A stretch of DNA of 64,000 bases, taken from the IMG/VR virus record IMGVR_UViG_3300045988_126281, one strand, 5' to 3'. The DNA is from a virus. How positions within the stretch are numbered: the stretch's first letter is position 1; each line of letters opens with the position of its first letter. A program made the position numbers and the translations under genes. The notes under the pieces are model-generated. The model made no database searches. It had not been told where the DNA came from and worked only from the letters and a program-made list of their open reading frames with translations. This document shows, piece by piece, positions 40,826 to 50,124 of the stretch.

Positions 40826-40835
40826 AACCTCAAAC
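40826..40835 (+). promoter_or_regulatory. Candidate promoter box AACCTCAAAC (copy 4), ~70 nt upstream of the 40907 ATG
   Basis: ttaacctcaaacatgacaattataatattgg. Confidence 0.4.
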
Positions 40836-40906
40836 ATGACAATTATAATATTGGCTGACATAATGATAAGCATTATGTTAACCATAACTTTAAAGTTTGT
40901 TATATT

Positions 40907-41503
40907 ATGGCAGATGCTATTACAAATGCTCCTGAAGTACAAGGTACTCCAGTTGAGCCTGTTGAAGCACAAGTTGCTTCTGTTGCTCCTAATGGAAGCA
41001 AATCAATTAAAGACATTATTAGTAGCATTATGGCTACTGGTAATGCTGTAAAGTATAGGGCTTGCTTAGTTAAGTCTTGTAGAGTTGAAGAAGAAGATAA
41101 TTATACTAGAGTTAGTATTACTCTTGGTAATGAAGTTACTGGTTTTCTTCCAGATGCTTCTGGTAATTATCTTCCTGCTCAAGTTACTACCGTATTCAGC
41201 TCCGGATTTGCCTTGTCGGCTTGTCTTAAAAATAATGAAGACATAAGTTGGCTTGCCGGCATTATAAACGAAAACCCAAATGCCATTCGTGTTCTTCTTC
41301 CTGGTAGTAAAATTGATATTATTCGTCAGCTTGTAAAAGCAGGTGAAGAGTACATCAATCCTTTCACTACAAAATCAGCTGAAGATATTGTTCCAAGTGT
41401 CTTTGACCATGATACTTACATTACTCATATTGTAGGTATTGAACTTGGTAAAAATGGTTCAAAGTTTGCTGATATGCTTGCTATGAAAGTTATGGGATTT
41501 TAA
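40907..41503 (+). CDS. Hypothetical protein, GC-enriched, C-terminal ...AMKVMGF
   Basis: 198-aa clean ORF. Confidence 0.65.
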   Translation: MADAITNAPEVQGTPVEPVEAQVASVAPNGSKSIKDIISSIMATGNAVKYRACLVKSCRVEEEDNYTRVSITLGNEVTGFLPDASGNYLPAQVTTVFSSGFALSACLKNNEDISWLAGIINENPNAIRVLLPGSKIDIIRQLVKAGEEYINPFTTKSAEDIVPSVFDHDTYITHIVGIELGKNGSKFADMLAMKVMGF

Positions 41504-41542
41504 TCTCATAATACTTATAATGTAACTTATAGATATAATAAT

Positions 41543-41625
41543 ACTGTCAATAGTAGTTTTGTAACATTAGGTTTCGACTAAAATAAATTTTAGTCTTAAA
41601 TTTAATACAGACTACTATTGACAAT
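41543..41625 (+). promoter_or_regulatory. Nested inverted repeats: outer actgtcaatagtagt / actactattgacaat, inner gactaaaa / ttttagtc
   Basis: Read directly; intergenic between the 40907 and 41716 genes. Confidence 0.5.
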
Positions 41626-41715
41626 ATTATTTATATTTACTATTTTTGACACAAACAAACCACGAGTGAGTTTGTTAATAATAAGACTTCTATTAATCAA
41701 AAACAATTTCAAATT

Positions 41716-42363
41716 ATGGCTAAAATGGCTGCTGCTCTTACAGATGAGCAAAAAAGTAAACTTGCAGAAATTTCTGCTAACGCTACTGAATCTACTGATT
41801 CTAAAGAGAACAAAGGTGCAAAACGTAATCGTATTGACCCTGAAAAGGCTAATGAAAACAAAAAGCCTGCTACTGAAAAGCCATATGCTCGTAAACCTTT
41901 TGTAAAAGGTGATGGAAATTACCATAAACCTTTTAAAGGTAATACCGCAGAGAATATAGACGCTATCATTGAGCGTTTTGGTGAGTTTAATGTTAAGATT
42001 GCTACTCTTATGAAGTACAATGCTGAGATTAGACGTTTCACTGCTCTTGGTATTCTTAATTGGCTTACACAAAAAGGTGTTATCAATGCCAAGTCTAAAT
42101 ACGTTACTTTCAAATGGAACAAGTTCGTTGTTCGAGTTGATGGTCTTAATAAAGAATTTTCTTACAAAGAAGATTTCTTTATCAATGCTCTTGTAGCCAG
42201 CTTTGCAAGTCTTGCTAATTATGCAACGTTTATAATTAATGATTTCATTAAATATGAAATTGAGGCTGATGCTAATGATGTTCTCAATAGCACTGACATT
42301 GATGAACTTACCATCAAAGATGGCTTTGATAAGCCAAAAGAGGAAGTAACAGATTCTGAATAA
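41716..42363 (+). CDS. Hypothetical basic protein
   Basis: 215 aa, GC-enriched; the stop codon is immediately followed by a copy of the dispersed motif. Confidence 0.65.
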   Translation: MAKMAAALTDEQKSKLAEISANATESTDSKENKGAKRNRIDPEKANENKKPATEKPYARKPFVKGDGNYHKPFKGNTAENIDAIIERFGEFNVKIATLMKYNAEIRRFTALGILNWLTQKGVINAKSKYVTFKWNKFVVRVDGLNKEFSYKEDFFINALVASFASLANYATFIINDFIKYEIEADANDVLNSTDIDELTIKDGFDKPKEEVTDSE

Positions 42364-42621
42364 ACTGCCTGTAAAGGAATTGCACAATATATTGCTTCTA
42401 TTAGTTCTATTAACAAAAGTCCCACTGATAAAGAGTCTGGAACTAATAGAAGCATTATTAAAACAAATATTATAGATATGATTGATTTTACTAATCCTTA
42501 TGTCTATATTATTGGTATAATTCTTCTTTATGCTATTATTATGATTCTTAAAGTTCTAATAAGAATTTGTGATAAAAGAGCTAATGATAACATTTATAAG
42601 GATTATCCCTCTAAAGGCAGG
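42362..42621. repeat. Motif copy aaactgcctgtaaaggaatt and a degenerate inverted copy tccctctaaaggcagg bracketing ~225 nt
   Basis: Read directly; the second copy has two core mismatches. Confidence 0.5.
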
Positions 42622-42913
42622 AAAGATTAAACTATCAATAAATTTTATTTTCTTATGTTTACTTGGTTTACAGTACTTTGTTACGGTTTATGTACCAAAA
42701 CATTGGATAAAATATTCGGTCTTAATAAAACTGAAGACCCACTTGAAAGACTTGCTAAAATTGAAGAAGCAAATGAAAGAAAAAGACAATAATATGTCAA
42801 TAGAAATATCTAATGATTATTATGCTAATGATTATGATGATATTTCTGAGAAACAAACAAATGAATCAGTAGATGATTCTGACGATGACGCTGCTGAAAC
42901 ATTTGGTTACTAA
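42569..42913 (+). CDS. Uncertain small ORF(s) with acidic C-terminus ...DDSDDDAAETFGY; true start unclear
   Basis: The long ORF form begins in low-complexity sequence that includes a motif copy. Alternative short ORFs at 42656..42793 and 42795..42913. Confidence 0.3.
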   Translation: MIKELMITFIRIIPLKAGKIKLSINFIFLCLLGLQYFVTVYVPKHWIKYSVLIKLKTHLKDLLKLKKQMKEKDNNMSIEISNDYYANDYDDISEKQTNESVDDSDDDAAETFGY

Positions 42914-42973
42914 GGTTGTTTTATTAGTATTATAACTATTACTCGTTGTGAAATGCGTAATAGTTTTCTTTAT

Positions 42974-43127
42974 GGAAGTATCGTTTGAATTGGCAAGACT
43001 ATTAATAAATGAAACAATTATTACAATAGTAATATTAATATTCAAGATAAGTATTGAGTTAGGTTACAAAACTTTTCCGGCCATTCTCATTTAATTAATA
43101 ATATAGGTTCGAATCCTGTTACTTCCA
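42974..43127 (+). ncRNA. tRNA-like element: clear 3' half (T-arm ATAGG-TTCGAAT-CCTGT, acceptor TACTTCC) pairing with GGAAGTA about 150 nt upstream. Possibly an intron-containing or degenerate tRNA.
   Basis: The acceptor-stem complementarity is 7/7 and a D-arm-like GTTT-GAATTGGCA-AGAC is present. The anticodon arm could not be folded cleanly. Confidence 0.25.
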
Positions 43128-43147
43128 CAAATTAAAATTTTAATATT

Positions 43148-43369
43148 ATGAATGACGAAAATAAAAAAGCATTTTGTGATTTAATGTCATTTCAAATTCC
43201 TATTCTTATTTGGATTATGACATTAATTGTAGCACTTAGTGGTGCTGGAAATTATATGAATGCTAATAATATTTCATTTTTTCCTATTGGGATTTTTATA
43301 ATTCTTATTGGAATAATAAATCTTATTGGTATTGTTCTTGTTATTAAAAATCACGATAAAAATATATAA
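43148..43369 (+). CDS. Small integral membrane protein (two TM helices)
   Basis: 73 aa: ILIWIMTLIVALSGAG; FFPIGIFIILIGIINLIGIVLVI. Confidence 0.45.
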   Translation: MNDENKKAFCDLMSFQIPILIWIMTLIVALSGAGNYMNANNISFFPIGIFIILIGIINLIGIVLVIKNHDKNI

Positions 43370-43381
43370 AACTTTAATATT

Positions 43382-43454
43382 GACTTCATAGCTCAGTTGG
43401 TAGAGCATAACACTTTTAATGTTAGGGTCACGAGTTCGAGCCTCGTTGGAGTCA
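43382..43454 (+). tRNA. tRNA-Lys (anticodon TTT)
   Basis: Cloverleaf folded by hand: acceptor GACTTCA/TGGAGTC, D-arm AGCTCAGTTGGTAGAGC, anticodon stem-loop TAACA-CTTTTAA-TGTTA, T-arm ACGAG-TTCGAGC-CTCGT. Confidence 0.85.
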
Positions 43455-43532
43455 CAGCACTAATTCTTTGTGCTATTATGGTTTTATGTGTTTCTCAAGT
43501 ACTATCTGTTGTGAAACACATAGTACTTTCTT

Positions 43533-43619
43533 GCTTTGGTGGTGAAATTGGTAGACACGAGGGACTTAAAATCCCTTGGACTGAAATAGTCCTTACGGGT
43601 TCGATTCCCGTCCGAAGCA
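43533..43619 (+). tRNA. tRNA-Leu (anticodon TAA), type II with long variable arm
   Basis: Acceptor GCTTTGG/CCGAAGC, anticodon stem-loop AGGGA-CTTAAAA-TCCCT, variable arm GGACT-GAAAT-AGTCC, T-arm ACGGG-TTCGATT-CCCGT. Confidence 0.85.
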
Positions 43620-43626
43620 CTAATTT

Positions 43627-43697
43627 TGAAGTATGGTGTAATGGCAGCACAAGAGATTTTGGTTCTCTTTGTAGAGGTTCAAATCCTCTTACTTCAA
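43627..43697 (+). tRNA. tRNA-Gln (anticodon TTG)
   Basis: Perfect 7-bp acceptor TGAAGTA/TACTTCA, anticodon stem-loop AGAGA-TTTTGGT-TCTCT, T-arm GAGGTTCAAATCCTC. Confidence 0.8.
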
Positions 43698-44021
43698 CAA
43701 AACGTTGTGATAACGAATCCAAGATATTTTTCAAAGTCAATTGTTGTCATAGAACTATTAATGAATTTGTAAGTATCCTTTATCTTGGAAATTCAATTAT
43801 TGCAGTAATTGAATTTGGTAATGCTGGTATTAATAAGATTACACCATATCTTTATTAATATCAGCATTATTTTTGTTTGTTATTTCAATTCTTTGATCAC
43901 TTCCTTGGCTTCTGAATAACTTTTATTCTATAAATGATAAACTATATCACTTATAGTAATAACATCATCAGAAAGCCTGTAAATCGAGTAAAAATAATAA
44001 AATTTATAAATTTTTAATATT

Positions 44022-44225
44022 ATGATTATTGATTTTGATGATTATGATGGATATAATATTGCATCAATAATTGCTGATAAACTTCCTAATTTAATGGATT
44101 GTATTACTATTAAAACAAGGTGTAGACAAATTTCTGGTAAAGTTATACATATTGAAAAAGAATATGACACTATTAGAAATTGTGTTAAAGCTATTGTTAG
44201 AATTGATTATAAAATTCCTAAATAA
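44022..44225 (+). CDS. Small hypothetical protein
   Basis: 67-aa ORF. Confidence 0.35.
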   Translation: MIIDFDDYDGYNIASIIADKLPNLMDCITIKTRCRQISGKVIHIEKEYDTIRNCVKAIVRIDYKIPK

Positions 44226-44231
44226 TAAAAT

Positions 44232-44603
44232 ATGATTTGGAAAGTTTACGATAGAACCGATACTCTATTAGAAACTATTGTTTCTAATATTGATTATTCT
44301 AATAAAGATACTATAACATTATCTAATAATAAGACTTATAGTATAGCTTACTGTGATAAAAAAGAAAAAATTATTTATATTGATAGATTAATATCAGAGA
44401 TTGTACAATATTACGATATTCTTACAAACAAACAATTTTTTAGTAGTATTAATCCAAATTATATTCCTAATATTAATGAAAAAGTTGCTTTTACAAATAT
44501 AATAGATACATGTAAAGGATTTGTTGAAGATAAAATTATTGATATTGATGGATTCAATAATATTACTATTATAAAACTTTATATTAGAATAAATAAAGAA
44601 TAA
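44232..44603 (+). CDS. Hypothetical protein
   Basis: 123-aa ORF. Confidence 0.45.
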   Translation: MIWKVYDRTDTLLETIVSNIDYSNKDTITLSNNKTYSIAYCDKKEKIIYIDRLISEIVQYYDILTNKQFFSSINPNYIPNINEKVAFTNIIDTCKGFVEDKIIDIDGFNNITIIKLYIRINKE

Positions 44604-44606
44604 AAT

Positions 44607-44924
44607 ATGATTGAACAAGTTAATCACCCTGCTCATTACCAAAATAATGGCAAAGAATGTATAGACCTTATGGTTGAAAAATATGGTCTTCGTGCTACTA
44701 TTGATTTTTGTATTCTTAACGCATTTAAATATATTTTTAGATGCGGTAAAAAAGAAGGTAATCCTGATTATCAAGAATTAAATAAAGCCGAATGGTATCT
44801 AAATTGGGCTGATAAACATAATATTTTCTCTGATATAGAAACTATGACTAATATTCTTGAACTTCAAAATAAGATTAATAATCTTAGAAGAGATATTGAA
44901 GCTAATGGTTCCAATAGCCAATAG
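44607..44924 (+). CDS. DUF3310-like phage protein
   Basis: N-terminal VNHPAHYQNNGKECIDLM matches the conserved HP.HY...E.ID signature of DUF3310. Confidence 0.5.
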   Translation: MIEQVNHPAHYQNNGKECIDLMVEKYGLRATIDFCILNAFKYIFRCGKKEGNPDYQELNKAEWYLNWADKHNIFSDIETMTNILELQNKINNLRRDIEANGSNSQ

Positions 44925-44944
44925 CAATCCCTTTACAGGCAGGA

Positions 44945-44977
44945 GTGGGTGCGCAAGCACCCACGGTTCTGTTCTTT
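44945..44977 (+). terminator. Terminator: GC-rich 8-bp stem gtgggtgc / gcacccac with GCAA tetraloop, then a T-rich run, immediately after a motif copy
   Basis: Read directly; follows the stop of the 44607..44924 gene. Confidence 0.6.
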
Positions 44978-45030
44978 GAGCAATTAAGACTAATCTCATT
45001 AAACTTTGTCTTATAAATGTTAACAATTAA

Positions 45031-45345
45031 TTGCGTAAAGTGATGAAAAATTATGATGAAGCAACTTGTGTTAAAGAACTTAATAAAAAAGTAAGTTGCG
45101 AAGTTGTTGATTCTGTTATTAATGTCCTTATTGGAGCTACCGATTTAGGAAATAGCAGTTGGGGAAAAATTGATTTCCTTAGAAGATATTGTGGTTATAG
45201 ACAAATCTTTGTCAAAGAACTTCCAAAACTTACTAAGAAAGTTCATATTGCTCGTGATGTTGAAGACACTGAAGTTACTCCTAAAAGAAGAAAAAAAGGA
45301 CTTCTTATTGATGCTAAAGTTAATATAAACTTTAAGTATAAATAA
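45031..45345 (+). CDS. Hypothetical protein
   Basis: 104-aa ORF. Confidence 0.45.
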   Translation: MRKVMKNYDEATCVKELNKKVSCEVVDSVINVLIGATDLGNSSWGKIDFLRRYCGYRQIFVKELPKLTKKVHIARDVEDTEVTPKRRKKGLLIDAKVNINFKYK

Positions 45346-45348
45346 GTC

Positions 45349-45813
45349 ATGCCTACATTTGACCTTTCTCTTGTAAAAAAGCCTAAAATCAAGAGAAAAG
45401 ATAGTTTTAACAAAACTAAAGGCAAATATACTATTATTCAAAGAAATGTTAAAGGTGTTTGTTGTATTACTTTAGAAGGTTTTTATTATGTTCAATTTGG
45501 TGAACATTTATATAAATTTACTTCTGAAAGTTATAATACTGTTACTAATGATTATTATTCTAAACAATTAGTTAATGGTAAAATTGTTCATATTAAAACA
45601 CTTAAAGATAATAATAAGTGGGATGGTGAATATTTTCCATTTGCTCCTGGAGTAATAGTTAAAGGTAATATTGTACGACATAATACTCTTAATAATTATT
45701 TCTTTGATTTAAAAGGAACTTATTGTGATTGGAAATATCTTGAAACAACTGAAAGTTTTAAGTTCTTTCGAGATAACTATGAAACAATAAGAGCAAATCA
45801 AAATAATGGATAA
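45349..45813 (+). CDS. Hypothetical protein
   Basis: 154-aa ORF. Confidence 0.5.
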   Translation: MPTFDLSLVKKPKIKRKDSFNKTKGKYTIIQRNVKGVCCITLEGFYYVQFGEHLYKFTSESYNTVTNDYYSKQLVNGKIVHIKTLKDNNKWDGEYFPFAPGVIVKGNIVRHNTLNNYFFDLKGTYCDWKYLETTESFKFFRDNYETIRANQNNG

Positions 45814-47269
45814 CCTTGAAATTGTAAGTAACAATACAATAAAAAGAACTAATCCAAATATAAATTTTACACAAAGTCAACAAGTGGCTATTGATGGACT
45901 TCTTGAGTTCATTAATAGCCCTTTTGATTCTGGTAAATTTATTAATGGATTAATAGGTTCGGGCGGTACTGGTAAAACTTTTACTATTAATTATATAATT
46001 AATGCCTGTAATTATGCTATAAGTACAATTCGTTGTACTGCTCCAACTCATAAAGCTTGTAGAGTTTTAAGTCAAGCTCTTAATGGACTTAAAGTTGAAA
46101 CTATACAATCTACATTTGGTTTTAGACTTGATACTAAACTTGAAGATTTTGATTATAATAATCCAAGATTTTCTCCAGTTAGTACTCCTAAACTTGAGAA
46201 TATCAAAGTTTTAATAATAGATGAAAGTTCTATGCTTCCTGCTAAACTTGTTAATTATATTATTAAAATTTGTAAGCCTCTTGAAATTAAAATTATTTTT
46301 ATTGGAGATTCAAGTCAATTACCACCTGTAAATGAAAAAACAAGTACTGCTTTTAATGTTTGTAATAAACTATATCAACTTACTGAAATAGTAAGACAAG
46401 AAGATAATAATCCTATATTATTTCTTTTAAATATACTTCGAGAAGATATTAAAAATAATACTTATAAATTTATTTCTTATATTAATGCTAATCTAAATTC
46501 ACAAAACGTTAATGAATTTGGAGATGGATATTTTATTTGTAATCCTAATGATTTTACTCAATTAATTGATGAAAGATTTAGAGATGAAGAATATCTTAAA
46601 AATATTAATCTTTATAAAATCATTGGATATACAAATGATAAAGTTGCTATATGGAATAATTTTGTAAGAAATAGAATTATTAAAGATGCTGATAAAACTA
46701 TTATTAATAAAAATGATTTAATCATGTCTTATCAGACTATTGTAAATGAATTTAATTCAATAGTTATTAATAATAGTGAAGAATATATAGTTAAAGATAT
46801 TATTAATTATACTGATACTACTTATGGATTTAAAGGATTTCTTGTTAAATTTCAAATGGTTAATGGTGGAAATGTAACAACTCCTTTATTTATTCTTGAC
46901 CATACTGATAGATTTAGTATTACTAAATATATACAAGTTATTGGAGAACTTGTTAAAGCTGCTAAATTTGCTAACGGAGCTACAAGAAGTAAACGTTGGA
47001 AAGAATATTTTGAATTCAAAAAGAAATATCTTATTATGTGTAATATTAAAAATGCTACACAAGTTCTTTATCAAAGAGATATTGATTATGGATTTGCTAT
47101 TACTTCTCATCGTTCACAAGGTTCTACTTATGATAATGTTTTTGTCGATATGAAAGATATTATATTTGATAAAAACAATAATATTTATAATAATAAAGCT
47201 GAAATGCTTCGTAGACTTTATGTAGCTTGTAGTAGAACTCGACATAAACTTTATATTTGTTATGGGTAA
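45806..47269 (+). CDS. SF1B DNA helicase (Dda/RecD/PIF1-like)
   Basis: Walker A GSGGTGKTF, Walker B LIIDESSM, motif VI AITSHRSQGSTYDNVFV. Confidence 0.85.
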   Translation: MDNLEIVSNNTIKRTNPNINFTQSQQVAIDGLLEFINSPFDSGKFINGLIGSGGTGKTFTINYIINACNYAISTIRCTAPTHKACRVLSQALNGLKVETIQSTFGFRLDTKLEDFDYNNPRFSPVSTPKLENIKVLIIDESSMLPAKLVNYIIKICKPLEIKIIFIGDSSQLPPVNEKTSTAFNVCNKLYQLTEIVRQEDNNPILFLLNILREDIKNNTYKFISYINANLNSQNVNEFGDGYFICNPNDFTQLIDERFRDEEYLKNINLYKIIGYTNDKVAIWNNFVRNRIIKDADKTIINKNDLIMSYQTIVNEFNSIVINNSEEYIVKDIINYTDTTYGFKGFLVKFQMVNGGNVTTPLFILDHTDRFSITKYIQVIGELVKAAKFANGATRSKRWKEYFEFKKKYLIMCNIKNATQVLYQRDIDYGFAITSHRSQGSTYDNVFVDMKDIIFDKNNNIYNNKAEMLRRLYVACSRTRHKLYICYG

Positions 47270-47771
47270 GCGGAATAAAGATAATAATAATTTTCAAGAT
47301 AATATTATTAGCAAACTCCCTGTAAAAGAATGCAATTACTGTCTTGGCTGTCCTGCTCGTCTTTATACTCCTAATGAATTTATAGTTTATGGTAAAGGAA
47401 ATGTTTGTTCTCCAATAATGTTTGTTATTTATGATTCTTATAAACATAAACAAGACAATATTAAATTACTTAAAGATGTTTATCAAGAATTATTTCAAAA
47501 AGATATTTTTGAAGAACATTATGTTACTACTGCTGTTAAATGCGAATGTCAAAATGAAATACTAATGCAAAGTTTTATTAATTGCAGAAATTTACTTTGT
47601 GACGAAATTACAAGTATTATGCCTAATAAAATAATTGTTGTTGGTAACATTCGTATTAATTTTGGTGATAAATATAAAATATATTATATTCCTAATATTT
47701 ATTCTTTACTATATGGAGAGAAAAATATTGCTAAATTTAAAGAACGATTATTAGAAGCAATTTATGATTAA
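47262..47771 (+). CDS. Possible family-4-type uracil-DNA glycosylase
   Basis: Cys cluster CNYCLGCPARL and GKGNVCSPIMFVIYDS, loosely resembling the Cx2C...GE[AG]PG core of UDG family 4. Confidence 0.35.
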   Translation: MGKRNKDNNNFQDNIISKLPVKECNYCLGCPARLYTPNEFIVYGKGNVCSPIMFVIYDSYKHKQDNIKLLKDVYQELFQKDIFEEHYVTTAVKCECQNEILMQSFINCRNLLCDEITSIMPNKIIVVGNIRINFGDKYKIYYIPNIYSLLYGEKNIAKFKERLLEAIYD

Positions 47772-50124
47772 TATTTGGTGCTATGATGTAGAGATATTAC
47801 CAAATTTCTTTAGTATAACATTTGTTAATCTTAGTTCATATACTAAAACTTTTAAAGATAGTTGTAATATTACTATTAAAAAAGGTAAAGAAAAACGTAT
47901 TCCAATTCCACTTACTGAAAAATATAAAGTTAGTGATATTAAAACAATGCTGGATTCAGTTGAATCTAAAACGTTTTGGATTTCAGATTTTAACGATAGT
48001 CAATTACTTACTATGATTGGCTTTATCAATTCGTTACAAGCTAAAAAAGACAGTAATAAAAACGTTTTTACGCACTGTTATGGTTACAACTCTGGAGCAT
48101 ACGATAAACTGATGGTTGCTTGCTTGCTGATGTATTACAATATGTTTTCAAGTACTAAAGAACTTATTAGAAAACTTTATGATACAAGTAAAAAGATAAT
48201 TGACCTTCAAGATAATGAAGAAATATCAAGAAAAGATTATTATCTTGATTCTCTTCGTAAATATCCTCTTCCTTATTATGACGTAGATTTAATGAAAGTA
48301 TTTGCACTTAATAAGGCTGGAACTATTATTGGTTCTGATGGAAAAAAATCTTATTATGGTAAAAGTCTTAAGCAAACAAGTATTAATCTTAAATGGTATG
48401 AACTTCTTGAATATGAACTCCCTCCTATTTGTGAAAAAGATGCTGAACTTTATTATAATAATCAACGTTATTCCGGTTTTACTTATGAACAACTTAATAG
48501 TGTTATAGATAAATGGGATAGATTTATGATTCCTGAATATGTTGAACCAACTATGCATTATAATAAAAATGATGTTTTTATTGTATGTGAAATGGCTCGA
48601 TTATATTCTGATGAAATAAAACTTCGTTATTCTATTTCTAATGCTTATGAAGTAAATGTTCTTAACAGTTCTCGTAGTAATGTTGCTGATATTCTTTTTA
48701 CAAAGTTTTATTCTGAATTTTCTAATCTTACTCCAAAACAATGGCAAGGTAAGAAAACAGAAAGACATAGTTATCCTCTTAAAAAAGTAATTTTTGATAA
48801 TATTAAATTTAAAACTAAACCTTTACAAGATTTACTTGAAGAACTTAAGAAAACTACTCTTTATAGTGTTGGCAAAGATGCACTTAATAAAACTATTGTA
48901 ATTGGTAATACTAAATATACTTTAGCTACTGGTGGATTACATAGTCAAGACCCTCCTCGTGTATTAAAAAGCAAACTTATTGAATGCGATCCCTCTACGG
49001 GCAGGAGCCGAGCCGTAGGCGAGGCAATTACTGATTTTAATTGGGATAATTATACTGATGATAGTTATGTGTATATACACGCTGATGTATCAAGTTTTTA
49101 TCCAAGTCTTATGACTGTTTATAAAATTGCTCCTGAGCATCTTGATACTGGTTGCTTTACTAAACTTGTTGGGTGGTTAAGAGATACTCGTGTTAAAGCT
49201 AAACATAGTGAAGAAGATATAATTGATGGTATTCCTAAAGATATTCTTGCACAAGCTCTTAAAATTGTAATTAATTCAATTTATGGAAAACTTGGTTCAG
49301 AATTTGGTAATCTTTTTGATAGATTGGCAGTTCTTAAAGTTACTATTAATGGACAACTTTTTGCATTTATGCTTAGTGAGGAACTTGAACTTAATGATAT
49401 TCCTGTAATTTCTGCTAATACAGATGGTATTGTTGTTAAAGTAAGAAAAGATAAATATTCAACTTTTCAACAAATTTATAAAAATTGGGAAAAATATACT
49501 GGATTAAGTCTTGATGAAGAATTTTATTCTGCTTATATAGATAGAGATATAAATAATTATTTTAGCATTGAACTTAATGGTAAATATACTTATAAAGGAG
49601 ATTTAAATCCTGATATGTATAAAGTAGATTTATCAAAAGGCTATAACGCTCCTATTGTTGCTAAAGCAGCTATTGAATTTTTGGCTCATAATAAACCTGT
49701 TCTTGAAACTCTTTATGAGTGTAAAGATATTCTTGACTTTTGTAAAACACAAAATATCGGAAGACAATTTCATACTGAATTTTATAAAGGTCAAACTAAA
49801 GAAATATTACAAAGACAAATTAGATTTTATGTTTCTATGATTGGAGGAAATTTATTTAAAGTTTCTAAAGAAGGAACTTTGAATAATCTTTGTGCTGGGT
49901 ATAAAGTTAATATTCTTAATACTCTTGATGATACACCAATTGAATTAAGGAATATTAATTATTCTTATTATGCTGATGAAGCATATAAGATTATAGACCC
50001 TATTAAATTAGGTATTAGTCCTAATCAAAAAGGTAATCCAAATACTAAAATTAAATCTGGTAAGTCTTTGCTTAAAAAGAATGCTCAAGCATATTTTAAT
50101 CTTTTTGATGATGAAGAAGATTGA
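47764..50124 (+). CDS. Family B DNA polymerase
   Basis: Motif A DVSSFYPSL (DxxSLYPS), motif B KIVINSIYGKLG (KxxxNSxYG), motif C-like ANTDGIVV. Confidence 0.9.
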   Translation: MINIWCYDVEILPNFFSITFVNLSSYTKTFKDSCNITIKKGKEKRIPIPLTEKYKVSDIKTMLDSVESKTFWISDFNDSQLLTMIGFINSLQAKKDSNKNVFTHCYGYNSGAYDKLMVACLLMYYNMFSSTKELIRKLYDTSKKIIDLQDNEEISRKDYYLDSLRKYPLPYYDVDLMKVFALNKAGTIIGSDGKKSYYGKSLKQTSINLKWYELLEYELPPICEKDAELYYNNQRYSGFTYEQLNSVIDKWDRFMIPEYVEPTMHYNKNDVFIVCEMARLYSDEIKLRYSISNAYEVNVLNSSRSNVADILFTKFYSEFSNLTPKQWQGKKTERHSYPLKKVIFDNIKFKTKPLQDLLEELKKTTLYSVGKDALNKTIVIGNTKYTLATGGLHSQDPPRVLKSKLIECDPSTGRSRAVGEAITDFNWDNYTDDSYVYIHADVSSFYPSLMTVYKIAPEHLDTGCFTKLVGWLRDTRVKAKHSEEDIIDGIPKDILAQALKIVINSIYGKLGSEFGNLFDRLAVLKVTINGQLFAFMLSEELELNDIPVISANTDGIVVKVRKDKYSTFQQIYKNWEKYTGLSLDEEFYSAYIDRDINNYFSIELNGKYTYKGDLNPDMYKVDLSKGYNAPIVAKAAIEFLAHNKPVLETLYECKDILDFCKTQNIGRQFHTEFYKGQTKEILQRQIRFYVSMIGGNLFKVSKEGTLNNLCAGYKVNILNTLDDTPIELRNINYSYYADEAYKIIDPIKLGISPNQKGNPNTKIKSGKSLLKKNAQAYFNLFDDEED
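48989..49027 (-). repeat. Motif copy atccctctacgggcagg plus a GC-rich extension, embedded in frame in the polB CDS
   Basis: The 39-nt GC-rich island encodes DPSTGRSRAVGEA. Its sequence architecture is near-identical to the intergenic element at 44927..44964. Confidence 0.7.

Noticed and set aside
41602-42387. 261-aa - strand ORF antisense to 41716..42363
   Set aside because: Shadow ORF; its implausible composition contrasts with the clean + strand protein
43397-43858. 153-aa + strand ORF
   Set aside because: Spans the three tRNA genes; the reading frame is an artefact of the tRNA cluster
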